The notes: generated from the sequence alone by a model not told the origin. Positions 9,623 to 18,820 are shown, numbered from the stretch's first letter. The stretch: DNA of 64,000 nt from Candidatus Poribacteria bacterium (GCA_965116925.1 OZ220744.1:5312001-5376000); one strand, 5' to 3'. Translations and numbers: made by a program.

Positions 9623-10180
9623 TTAAAGTAGATCCTTGAGCGATGTGTTCCGTTGTTTTAATAACCGTAACACTTCATCGCGCAAGGCTTTTCGCGCACG
9701 TTGCCGAAGAGATTTCACAGCGATCTCGCTCCGTTGGACAATTTCTGCAATTTCTCGATTCGGTGTATCTTCCAATTCACCTAACACCAGCACAGTCCGG
9801 TCAATTGGACGCAATTGAAGTAGTGCCGCTTGCAAAAATTCTGCGCTTTCGGAGCGGATTAATTGCTCGAGTGGAGCTTCTGTCGAAGCCACCGGGCTAG
9901 TAAACGCCTCGGTCATCTCAGCCACAACCGTTACCTCCAATGAAGTTACCCAGTGTCGCTGACGCTGGCGCATCAGGTCAATACATCCATTATATGCGAT
10001 GCGAAAAAGCCACGCCCGGACAGATGCAGGATCGAGCAACTCAGACCAACCTTGGTACGCTCGCAGAAAGGTTTCGGCGGTCATATCCTCGGCATCTGTT
10101 GGATTTCCCAGTAACCGCAGAATAAACCGATAAATAGCGTCAACATGTAATTCATACGCTTCGGTGAATGATGCCTCCAC
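9623..10180 (-). CDS. ECF (sigma-70 group 4) RNA polymerase sigma factor
   Basis: Region 2 DAEDMTAETFLRAY and WLFRIAYN..ID..R; region 4 REIAEIVQRSEIAVKSLRQRARKALR; GTG start. Confidence 0.92.
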   Translation of the reverse strand: MEASFTEAYELHVDAIYRFILRLLGNPTDAEDMTAETFLRAYQGWSELLDPASVRAWLFRIAYNGCIDLMRQRQRHWVTSLEVTVVAEMTEAFTSPVASTEAPLEQLIRSESAEFLQAALLQLRPIDRTVLVLGELEDTPNREIAEIVQRSEIAVKSLRQRARKALRDEVLRLLKQRNTSLKDLL

Positions 10181-10215
10181 AAATACAGTACCTCGTCGGC
10201 TCGTGTTTTCAGGAT

Positions 10216-10246
10216 ATTATGACGAAGAAAACGGGATCAGGCATCG
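10216..10246 (-). promoter_or_regulatory. Candidate ECF-type (autoregulatory?) promoter
   Basis: CGATGC-16nt-CGTCATAAT upstream of the sigma gene; CGTC is a common ECF -10 element. Confidence 0.3.
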
Positions 10247-10264
10247 AAAATAATGCTTAAACGC

Positions 10265-10298
10265 AAAAGGGGATTCCCAATCCATTGAGAATCCCCTT
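10265..10298 (-). terminator. Intrinsic terminator separating the upstream DUF4037 gene from the ECF unit
   Basis: AAGGGGATTC...GAATCCCCTT inverted repeat with a short U-tract on the minus strand. Confidence 0.7.
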
Positions 10299-10334
10299 AC
10301 CAAATTACCTCTAGTTCTGTGAAGCAGCCGAACA

Positions 10335-11399
10335 TCAATCATCATAGATATCAATCAAACACCGGGATCGCTGCGCGCTGCTCAAGACATCCGTACTATC
10401 CACAAACTGATCGATGCTCCCTACCAGCGGTTGCCTTTTCAGCCACTCATCTTGGATAGCTGCCAAGCACGCCTCAGCAAATCGATCGCCTCCGAGCACC
10501 CGAAAGGGACGTTTATAGAACAAGCGGGTTTCAGGATCGACGGGAGGGGTAAGGTTCAGTCGGTTGTAGCAACAGGCGATATATTCGTAGGCACAACAAA
10601 GTGCTGCTTCTCTGGCAGGATAGTCCGTTGCCTTGAGTGCTGCCTCCAGATGCGGGGCGAGTCTAGGAGCCATGCGGAGATTTCGGAATGCACTGCCCAG
10701 CCACTTGCTATACGGAGCATATCGCCGCTCTATCAGAAAGCAGAGTCTCATGAGATCGCGTATGATACGCGCTGTCAGGATCCGTGAACCGAGCTCATCA
10801 CCTACTTCAGCCGTGCGGCCAACAAACGCCTCTTCTTGAGCGATCCGACGCCACTGACAAGCCAAGAGCCATAGCCAAATATCGTCTGGATACCACTCCA
10901 GTTTATTGCGGACACGCTTTAGGTCTCCGGCGGGATCATGAAAGACCGCACCCGCTGTCACCTCTAGCAATAGCTGTTGTGGTGTTGTAAGCCAGCTTTG
11001 GACAGTAATATCCACTTGCAGGTCGAATCCCAGATGCGATTTAAGCCATTCCCCAAGGGGTGCAACATGCACATGGTGCTGAACGGCGACCTCATCCCAA
11101 CCGAAGTACACAGGCCATCCGTGAAACTCCTCTGGCAGGCTGGAATCGATAATCGTGCGAACGACATCTACATCAGAGGCTGCCACAAAAAGGTGTAGTC
11201 GTGGTCCCCAACCATGGTCAGTGGATCGTGGGGTATCAAAACCGAGGACATCCGACCCCGAACCTAGCCTCGCTGCACTGTGGGTTCGTTCTTCCATGAG
11301 TGGACGAACAACTTCAATGTAGAACAGCCGAGATAAATCAATGCCGCTTACAAAGTCACCGCCATCGTTGGATGTATTGTTGGTTTTAGTCGAGACCAT
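10335..11399 (-). CDS. DUF4037-domain protein (second paralog)
   Basis: GIDLSRLFY; GSGSDVLGFDTPRSTDHGWGPRL; WYPDDIW; YAPYSKWLG. Confidence 0.85.
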   Translation of the reverse strand: MVSTKTNNTSNDGGDFVSGIDLSRLFYIEVVRPLMEERTHSAARLGSGSDVLGFDTPRSTDHGWGPRLHLFVAASDVDVVRTIIDSSLPEEFHGWPVYFGWDEVAVQHHVHVAPLGEWLKSHLGFDLQVDITVQSWLTTPQQLLLEVTAGAVFHDPAGDLKRVRNKLEWYPDDIWLWLLACQWRRIAQEEAFVGRTAEVGDELGSRILTARIIRDLMRLCFLIERRYAPYSKWLGSAFRNLRMAPRLAPHLEAALKATDYPAREAALCCAYEYIACCYNRLNLTPPVDPETRLFYKRPFRVLGGDRFAEACLAAIQDEWLKRQPLVGSIDQFVDSTDVLSSAQRSRCLIDIYDD

Positions 11400-11427
11400 T
11401 TCTCCTTTTACCGTTGCTGGGACTTCA

Positions 11428-12507
11428 TCAATGACTTACGTGAATTGTTGCTACTTGATCAAATGTGCGTCCGATCTGTGGTAGATACCCAATCTCATTA
11501 CTCAAACGTGCTACCGCCCTACACCGACATTTTAACTCATCGGATACTTCGATCAGATCTGTGCGCGTTCGGGGAATGGGGCCAAGACGTAGTAGCCAAT
11601 ATATCCAAGCTATCAGTACCCCTTTATAATAAATAGCGTCGTCTAGTGCTCCGGGCAAACCAGAGGATAGCTCCTTCCGATAAACGCTTTCGATCTCTTG
11701 CGCCAGAACTTCATCGCATTCCCAGCGCACCGGAAAAGGGAACGGACCTAAAGGAACATCAAGGGGAAAGTATCCGTAACTACTGTACTCGAAGTCGACG
11801 AGTTTCACACCGTCGTCCACCAACAGATAGTTCTGGGGAGCAATATCCACATGCCTGAAAGCAGAAAATGGTTCAGCGTTTGAAAGAATCTCCTTCAATT
11901 CAGACAGTTCGCTCTCAAGGGCGATAGATTCTGGTTGCCCAACTAATGTTGCGAATCTACGAAAAGTCCGGAGAATTCCATCGAATGAATCTGTCTCTGC
12001 TTGGTAGTGGGTTCCCAGACTCGTCCGTAGACTGAGCCATTCGTTTTTCCTTCCATAGGTGCTCCCGTGCATACGGCCCATTGCTTGAGCGTGGGCAAGT
12101 AGAGCGTCTGCTCGCTCGGCTGCATTGGATTTACGCAATATATCCCTGAACGAGCGTGCTTTCGGCACATACTCAAATGCGATTAATCCCTGTGTAGCGT
12201 CACCGGCAATGAACTTGGGGGTTATCATCCGATCACTATTGATTTCACCCAAGAACCGAAGCGCAGCCCATTCATTGAAGAGTTTCCAAGCCGAGCTTCC
12301 GACACAGTCCCGTTCACGATCGTACGGTTGGTGCTTGGTCTGTCTAGCCATCTTGACAAGCAACACTTCTGGCAGGTAACTAGGTCCGTCAGCTACCCAA
12401 CAGCGAAAGATACGATTCTTCTTGAACTTCGTGCATTTTGCAAGTCGAATCTCGTATTTGAGAGAATTTGACAGACTTCTTTCTATAAGTAATAACGGGA
12501 CATCCAT
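11428..12507 (-). CDS. Aminoglycoside phosphotransferase/choline kinase-like protein
   Basis: LLVK; FRHVDIAPQNYL; VKLVDFE kinase motifs. Confidence 0.7.
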   Translation of the reverse strand: MDVPLLLIERSLSNSLKYEIRLAKCTKFKKNRIFRCWVADGPSYLPEVLLVKMARQTKHQPYDRERDCVGSSAWKLFNEWAALRFLGEINSDRMITPKFIAGDATQGLIAFEYVPKARSFRDILRKSNAAERADALLAHAQAMGRMHGSTYGRKNEWLSLRTSLGTHYQAETDSFDGILRTFRRFATLVGQPESIALESELSELKEILSNAEPFSAFRHVDIAPQNYLLVDDGVKLVDFEYSSYGYFPLDVPLGPFPFPVRWECDEVLAQEIESVYRKELSSGLPGALDDAIYYKGVLIAWIYWLLRLGPIPRTRTDLIEVSDELKCRCRAVARLSNEIGYLPQIGRTFDQVATIHVSH

Positions 12508-12590
12508 CCTTGATCACTCCGTTCATATAAGCCGCGATGACAGACAATATCGATTTCAAGGCTTCTTCAGTTGTTTAACGTTTCTCTTGC

Positions 12591-12727
12591 AGGACTTACG
12601 CATTTCCTCTTAAAGTCCCCCTGACAAGGGGGATTTAGGGGGTTGGGGGATTTAGGGGGTTAAATGCAACCAAATAACGACTTTTCAGCAAAATATGCCA
12701 ATTTTCTGTTCAATTTGCGTAAGTCCT
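12591..12727. mobile_element. MITE-like element with 12-bp terminal inverted repeats AGGACTTACGCA
   Basis: AGGACTTACGCA (12591-12602) and TGCGTAAGTCCT (12716-12727); internal CCCCCTGACAAGGGGG hairpin and duplicated GGGGGATTTAGGGGGTT. Confidence 0.7.
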
Positions 12728-13751
12728 ATCTTGCATAACCCAGCTTTTCCCTAATCCGTTTTAGGAGCGAGAAGGCAAAGGGCGGACTCGCACCAAGGGC
12801 ATCCCAAGAATCTACCGCTCGGAGATCAAACCAGCCAATATCCTTTATTGGAGATTCTGCGTCGCCCACTTCGGGTTCAATCCCGGGCTGGGCCACGCCT
12901 CCAATAATCGGGCATAGATACGTCCTGTGTCGCTCATAGAAAGGGTCTTGCGGGACCTTCTCGTCCAGAATGAGTCGCTCCACTTCTACTCGGAGATGCG
13001 TCTCTTCCCACACCTCTCGTATCACACACTCTTCTTCGGATTCCGAACCCTCCCGCCCGCCACCGGGAATTACCCAAACCGCCTTGCCATCATCTTCGAT
13101 TTTCAGTAAGAGGACGTGGTGATCCTTGAAGATGACTGCCTGATATCGAATATCTCGTCCCTGAAAGATATCTCGTCCCTGCAAGGGCATGTCTGGCAGA
13201 TGATTGCGAACCTCGTCCCAAGTATCACGGTTCCTCAAGACAGCAATAACCGACGGCAGCGGATCTGCCCATACGCCTCGGAGGTCCCTTTCTCCCTCAA
13301 CGGCTATGGGCCATGCTAATTTCTCGTTGGGCGGATCGAATTGAGCGTCTATTCCGCTTCTATTGCCTCTTGGATCGATTCTGTACCACCCAAATTCAGG
13401 CAGGAAAACTGCATTCAAACCGTGTAGTGTGAAGGGAGGCGTTTTACCATTTCGTGTGAGCCGTTGGTAACACAGGCCGGCAGGTATACGGTTTGCCCTC
13501 AAGAGTGCAGCCAGCAGATGACTTTTGGCAAAACACCAACCTGTCTTATAACGCAATACTTCGGACGCAGCACAGGTCGTCGGATTCATCTTGAAGTCGC
13601 CACTATGCTTGATTTCATCTCGTACCCACTCGAAGCAGCGTTTTGCGATTGTCGTTTGCTCTGATATTCCGTCTCCTAGAGTACGCGCGAGATCTTGAAC
13701 TTCGGGGTGGTTATAGTCCATCACGTCTGTGGGACGCAAGTATTTATCCAT
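12726..13751 (-). CDS. Transglutaminase-like domain fused to a NUDIX hydrolase
   Basis: GWCFAKSHLLAALLRA, LHGLNAV, WYRIDPRG (C-H-D triad); Nudix box GGGREGSESEEECVIREVWEETHL. Confidence 0.88.
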   Translation of the reverse strand: MDKYLRPTDVMDYNHPEVQDLARTLGDGISEQTTIAKRCFEWVRDEIKHSGDFKMNPTTCAASEVLRYKTGWCFAKSHLLAALLRANRIPAGLCYQRLTRNGKTPPFTLHGLNAVFLPEFGWYRIDPRGNRSGIDAQFDPPNEKLAWPIAVEGERDLRGVWADPLPSVIAVLRNRDTWDEVRNHLPDMPLQGRDIFQGRDIRYQAVIFKDHHVLLLKIEDDGKAVWVIPGGGREGSESEEECVIREVWEETHLRVEVERLILDEKVPQDPFYERHRTYLCPIIGGVAQPGIEPEVGDAESPIKDIGWFDLRAVDSWDALGASPPFAFSLLKRIREKLGYAR

Positions 13752-13765
13752 ATCAATCCTCCAGA

Positions 13766-14551
13766 TCAGCCTCGCTTGCGGCAGACTGAGATAATGCTAG
13801 GGCTATCAGCGGTCAACGGTTCTAGATTCCAATCACCATACTGCCGTTCAATGCTGAAGCCGTTGTAGTGTAGCAGTGCCGCAAGTTCCTGTGGGAAGGT
13901 GTAGCGCAACGCAGTACGCGTAATCTTGGTATGCTCCTCTCCACCCTCGTGCCAGCGTTTGTAGGTTGTCCAGTGGTGGATCTGAGCCACATGGTCATAT
14001 ACGTAGGTTCTCGACACACGCACTTCGCACCCACTTGTATCAATAAAGGGGGACCACTCTTGTTCCTTCGCATTCGTTTCAAGGGGCACAAATAGCCCTT
14101 CTGGGGGCTGAGAATGAGGGAAAATCGGATTACGCGTTTCAAAAGCCAACAATCCTTGGTCGTGTAAATGCGAGTACACACGTTGCAACAGTGCTTCCTG
14201 ATCGGCGTTTGTCAAAAACGCCTGAAAAGCGTTGCCAGTTAAAAAGATAAGCCGAAATTGTTCGCTGAGGTCAAATGTCCGGGCGTCTCCCACAATCCAA
14301 CGTGTAGGCAAGCCAACGGATTTGCTACGCGCCCGCTCTATCATTCCCGGTACAATATCTAAACCTGTTACAGAAAAACCCAATTGTGCAATCGGGATAC
14401 TGACACGCCCTGTACCACAGGCAATTTCGAGCACCGAACCGCCGGTCTCTTGTGCTAGGGCAGTGTAGAAGGCAATACCTGTATCGCTAGCATCCTCCAT
14501 GTCATAGTTGGCTGGATCGGAGAATTCCTCAAGATTGTCGTAATCGATCAA
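13766..14551 (-). CDS. Class I SAM-dependent methyltransferase
   Basis: VLEIACGTGR; VTGLDI; GDARTFDL. Confidence 0.9.
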   Translation of the reverse strand: MIDYDNLEEFSDPANYDMEDASDTGIAFYTALAQETGGSVLEIACGTGRVSIPIAQLGFSVTGLDIVPGMIERARSKSVGLPTRWIVGDARTFDLSEQFRLIFLTGNAFQAFLTNADQEALLQRVYSHLHDQGLLAFETRNPIFPHSQPPEGLFVPLETNAKEQEWSPFIDTSGCEVRVSRTYVYDHVAQIHHWTTYKRWHEGGEEHTKITRTALRYTFPQELAALLHYNGFSIERQYGDWNLEPLTADSPSIISVCRKRG

Positions 14552-14671
14552 TGTACCACTCCAAGATGTTACAAATGACTATACTATTATTAACGCAAGT
14601 TGCTAGGGCGTGCTGACATTTTGATGCTGCTCATTCGGCAAACGTTGTAATCATCAGGTAATCTGCCAAAT

Positions 14672-14782
14672 GTAGTGCAAACTGTTAGTTTGCGGACTGG
14701 ATCACAATCTAACAGATCATGGTACAAAAGTCCGAAATGGTCTCTGACGGGTGAACAAAGGGTTGGGAGACCCAACCCCTAC
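14672..14782. repeat. Two GTAG-headed REP-like hairpins in opposite orientation
   Basis: GTAGTGCAAACTGTTAGTTTGC (14672) and minus-strand GTAGGGGTTGGGTCTCCCAACCCT (14782). Confidence 0.6.
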
Positions 14783-15142
14783 GATGAACCATGCGTTTGT
14801 GCACCCTCTTGATTGTCTAATTGCGATGAAACGTCAACAGAACCTAGACAAACTGTAGGTCGAGTTTTCACAGCTGATACCTATCAGAAATAACCTAATT
14901 TACGACACACATGTCGCCCCTCTGGGGCTTTGTAAGTCGAGCAAGATGCCCGATCTATGGGTATACAGATCAATTTTATCACGCCGTACATCACTAGCAA
15001 CTTAGGTTATTATATCACAATAAGTACAGCAAGGCGATACCGTGTCCAATTTCTTAAAAAGTTTATTTTTTCCTTTCAATTTATCTAGTTATCAACTAAA
15101 ATAGGGTGGTCGCGTTAGAGCGTATAGAAAGGAAGTACCAGC

Positions 15143-16078
15143 ATGACACGAGACATTATTCCAGACCGAATCAAGAAAGTTGATCCAGAGCAGTTAAGGC
15201 GCAATCTGTTTTATCTGTCGAAAGCACCTTTGCCCTATCGGAAGTTGAATTATACTATCCCCGGTCACGCTACAAACACTTTGTATGAAGCCGACGATTT
15301 TATCCAACGAAACCTAGAATCGTGGGGATATCCGGTGGAGAAAGAAGGTGTGCAAGTCCAACCATTTGGGTGCGACACCTCTAAACCGAAAGCACATCAA
15401 TACGCTCCACCTGCTGCTGATGCACTCTGGTATACTGCCTACAACCTCTATGCCAAAAAGCAGGGCTCCGTTTATCCCGAAGAGATTATCCTGTTCCTTT
15501 CGCATAAGGATTCCCAAAGCTGGGTGGATTCCCCCGGGGCTTATGACAATGCAGCTGGCACGGTGGGGACGATGGAAATAGCCCGTGTTCTGAAAGATTA
15601 CCCCTCTCAACGATCCATCTGGTTTCTGTTTTGTAATGAAGAACATAAACCATGGACCAGTGTAACAGCAGCGCAAAACGCGAAAACACGAGGAGATAAC
15701 CTAGTCGCCATCTTCAATCTGGATTCTCTAGGGGGCAAGTCGCAGGCGGATATTGATGCGGGGCGTCGGACAAACGTAACCCTCTATACGAAACCTGAAG
15801 GTGAGCGTTTTGCCGATTTGATGGCTGATGTGAACAAAATTTACAACATCGGATTAATACAAGAGAAATTTCAGCGACAATCCCCCGGCGATGATGACGG
15901 CTCCTACATCAATGCGGGTTATCCGATAGCGGTGGCAAATCTGGGTTCATTCCCTTATGTCGATCCAAATTACCATAGAGAAACAGACATCCCTGAACAG
16001 GTCGATATCCCCAATGTGTGCATGGGAACGCAGGCAAGTCTTGCCGCCGGATTGAGGGTAGACCGCGGCGAAATATAA
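15143..16078 (+). CDS. M28-family metallopeptidase
   Basis: SHKDS, PGAYDNAAG, NEEH, NLDSLG, YHRETD. Confidence 0.85.
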   Translation: MTRDIIPDRIKKVDPEQLRRNLFYLSKAPLPYRKLNYTIPGHATNTLYEADDFIQRNLESWGYPVEKEGVQVQPFGCDTSKPKAHQYAPPAADALWYTAYNLYAKKQGSVYPEEIILFLSHKDSQSWVDSPGAYDNAAGTVGTMEIARVLKDYPSQRSIWFLFCNEEHKPWTSVTAAQNAKTRGDNLVAIFNLDSLGGKSQADIDAGRRTNVTLYTKPEGERFADLMADVNKIYNIGLIQEKFQRQSPGDDDGSYINAGYPIAVANLGSFPYVDPNYHRETDIPEQVDIPNVCMGTQASLAAGLRVDRGEI

Positions 16079-16186
16079 CCGAGAAATCGCTGTATCGGAA
16101 GTCCAGCGTTCAGGAATTCATTCGTTCATAGGTTTCATTTATTTACTACGTTTCGTAAATTTTTTCGTAAATTGGAGGCAAAAATC

Positions 16187-17131
16187 ATGATGAAAATATC
16201 CGTCTGGGACGGAGGTCTCTCGGACAGTTATCTGAAGCAGGTTACACAGTTAGGCGCGGATTACATCGACTTTGGTGGTGGCGACTCTTTCCCCGGTGTC
16301 ACAGAACAGGGCTATCCGGATCTGGACGAAGTCATCAAAATCAGAAAGCGAATCCGTTCATGGGGACTCGACATCAACCGTGTGACCCTACCTGACATCA
16401 CCGAGACATTTATGAAAGGGTTGCCGGGCGCAGAAAAAGAACTGGAAAACACTTGTAACGCCTTAAAGGTTTTCGCGGAAGCCGGCGTCCCCATCGCAAG
16501 ACAGCGATTCTGGGGCGATACCTTCAACGAAATAATGACCCGATACAATTCAGAGCATCGCGGAGGTTACCTATCGCGTGGAGAAAGCCGTGGATTGACA
16601 GTAAATCCTCCCGAAACACCAAACTTTGAGGCACTCGAAGAGTGGTGGAAACGCTTCTGCGAGGTCTACGGGCATCTGGTCCCCATTGCGGAAGAACACG
16701 ATATCAAACTCGCCATCCACCCCTCCGACACGCCCAACCCCGACACGCCTTTGGGAAGTTTGGGGTTCCATCGCGTGATTGATGCCTTTCCCAGTAGAAA
16801 TGTTGGATACCTTTACTGCTGCGGCACCAGAGGTGAGGCGGGCAGCACCCCTCTCGTTCTCGACGAGATCAACAACTATGGGCGCAAAGGCAAGATTTTT
16901 ATGATTCACCTACGCAACGTCAGAGGGAGCCTTGCGACTGCCGGCGCCTTTGAGGAGGTCCTCCTAGACGATGGCGACATGAATATGTTCAAAATCGTCC
17001 TCGAGCTCCATAAGGTCGGATTCGACGGTTGCTTAAACCCCGACCACATCCCCCGTATGGAGGGTGACGACGGATTGGCATATTCGGTTGGGTACATCAA
17101 AGCGTTATTCGCTGCGCTGTCAGTTGTCTAG
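16187..17131 (+). CDS. Mannonate dehydratase (UxuA)-family protein
   Basis: LVPIAEEHDIKLAIHPSD; IHLRNVRG; DDGDMNM; PDHIP; AYSVGYIKAL. Confidence 0.8.
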   Translation: MMKISVWDGGLSDSYLKQVTQLGADYIDFGGGDSFPGVTEQGYPDLDEVIKIRKRIRSWGLDINRVTLPDITETFMKGLPGAEKELENTCNALKVFAEAGVPIARQRFWGDTFNEIMTRYNSEHRGGYLSRGESRGLTVNPPETPNFEALEEWWKRFCEVYGHLVPIAEEHDIKLAIHPSDTPNPDTPLGSLGFHRVIDAFPSRNVGYLYCCGTRGEAGSTPLVLDEINNYGRKGKIFMIHLRNVRGSLATAGAFEEVLLDDGDMNMFKIVLELHKVGFDGCLNPDHIPRMEGDDGLAYSVGYIKALFAALSVV

Positions 17132-17204
17132 GGCACACTGCTGCGATTGCTATACTTGTCAACCATTCGGATTCGGAGAATCCAAACGAAAAGGAGACTA
17201 CAAA

Positions 17205-17705
17205 ATGCCCGATTCCAAAACGTCTCTTGGTTTCGAGGCTACGGTTAGTTTGCGTGAGATTACACAGGATACACTCAACTCCATTCTGAATCTTCGTGTA
17301 ACCAAGGATCAGGAACAGTTTGTCGCTTCAAACGCGGTCTCTATTGCACAAGCTCACTTCTCGGCGGATGCATGGTTTCGCGCGATCTATGCGGACGAGA
17401 CGCCCGTCGGTTTTCTGATGCTATCTGATCAACCTGACAAAGGAGAGTATTTCTTATGGCGATTCATGGTTGATCTCCAGCATCAAGGAAAAGGTTATGG
17501 TCGTCGCGCCCTTGAACTTCTAATCGAGCATGTGAAAACACGACCGAATGCGAAGGAACTTTTCCTGAGCCATGTCCCCGGTCCTGGAAGTCCCGAGGAC
17601 TTCTATCGCCAGCTAGGCTTTGAGCATACAGGCGAGCAGGCGGGGGAGGAATTAGTGATGAAATTGACGCTTCATAAAGGAGGTTCAGTCGAATCTCAAG
17701 AATAG
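17205..17705 (+). CDS. GNAT acetyltransferase (spermine/spermidine acetyltransferase-like)
   Basis: QEQFVASNAVSIAQA; RFMVDLQHQGKGYGR; FYRQLGF; AAGGAG SD. Confidence 0.88.
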   Translation: MPDSKTSLGFEATVSLREITQDTLNSILNLRVTKDQEQFVASNAVSIAQAHFSADAWFRAIYADETPVGFLMLSDQPDKGEYFLWRFMVDLQHQGKGYGRRALELLIEHVKTRPNAKELFLSHVPGPGSPEDFYRQLGFEHTGEQAGEELVMKLTLHKGGSVESQE

Positions 17706-17720
17706 GTATAGGAGGGTATT

Positions 17721-18761
17721 ATGAAGTTTTATCACGGCACAACCTTACAGAATGCGATTAGAATTGCCGAGATGGGCTTTCTACCAAGGAAGGGCGTAGT
17801 CTGGTTCACCACGAGTAAGCATCGTGCCCAACGCCGCGCCAAACAAAAAGCGCGTAAAACCGCTAGTCCGCCGTTTGTCTTTACCTGCGAAATCAACCCC
17901 CAAGAATTGTATAACCGCCTTGGAAAACATCTCGTTATGCGCAGCAAGGGATTTCTTGCTATCCGGCGGCGTGTCCCGCCAACGGTGATACTGAATTCAT
18001 CCGAACTAATTGCTAGGTGGGTAAGCCACATACTCCAAGGCGAATCCTATGAGAGTATTAGCCCGAATCACCCTGGAATAAATCGATTGTCGCGCTGGGT
18101 GGAAAACCGCATGAAAGCTGGCACGGACAATGCCATCCGTCCAAAGGAACTGTCACAGAGGCTGCAGCAATGGCTGCCCAATTTTTTTCGAGGGGTCAAG
18201 ATCGTACCTGAAGATTTACGCTTCGACTATTTTCCTGAACTCGCTGATTTTGAAACAGAACCTTTACCAGAGCTGGTTGATTCACGGGAGGAAAACGCAC
18301 TTGATGCTCTCGCCGCTGCGAAACCGCAGCGACGCATCCGCGGTCTTGAACTGCTAGCACAACTTGAACACGAGGATCTCTATGAATGGTGCACGCTTTT
18401 ACTCTTGGATGAGTCAGTAGAGGTTCGCATCGCTGCCTTACAAACAATAGTCCATTGTGACGATGGAGATCCGGAGGCTCTCCTACCATTTGCCGAATCT
18501 CAAAATAAGCGGATTCGGGCAGCAGCGATTGCCGCCCTTGCCAAGCATTCCGCCGAAGACGCGTCCCGTTGGTTTCAGCGGGGATTGAAAGACCGCGAGG
18601 CGTGTGTACGCCTTGAAACAGCAGCTCTGCTTCCAAAACTCGATGTAACCCAACACCGGGAAATTTTTGAACTCGCGCTCTATGACCCGAATCCTGCAAT
18701 CAAGCATCTTGCGGAGAAACTCACTGCGGGGAAGGGCTATGCAGATGCAAGGTTAGGGTAA
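17721..18761 (+). CDS. KptA/Tpt1-like (ART-fold) N-domain + HEAT-repeat protein, copy 1
   Basis: FYHGTT..I...GFLP...VWFTTS...RVPPTVI; HEAT repeats DESVEVRIAAL, NKRIRAAAIAAL, DREACVRLETA, DPNPAIK. Confidence 0.75.
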   Translation: MKFYHGTTLQNAIRIAEMGFLPRKGVVWFTTSKHRAQRRAKQKARKTASPPFVFTCEINPQELYNRLGKHLVMRSKGFLAIRRRVPPTVILNSSELIARWVSHILQGESYESISPNHPGINRLSRWVENRMKAGTDNAIRPKELSQRLQQWLPNFFRGVKIVPEDLRFDYFPELADFETEPLPELVDSREENALDALAAAKPQRRIRGLELLAQLEHEDLYEWCTLLLLDESVEVRIAALQTIVHCDDGDPEALLPFAESQNKRIRAAAIAALAKHSAEDASRWFQRGLKDREACVRLETAALLPKLDVTQHREIFELALYDPNPAIKHLAEKLTAGKGYADARLG

Positions 18762-18820
18762 TGAAATTGACGCTTTAGCGAAGGGAATTCACCTGAATCC
18801 CAAGAATGGAGGAGGAAGTT

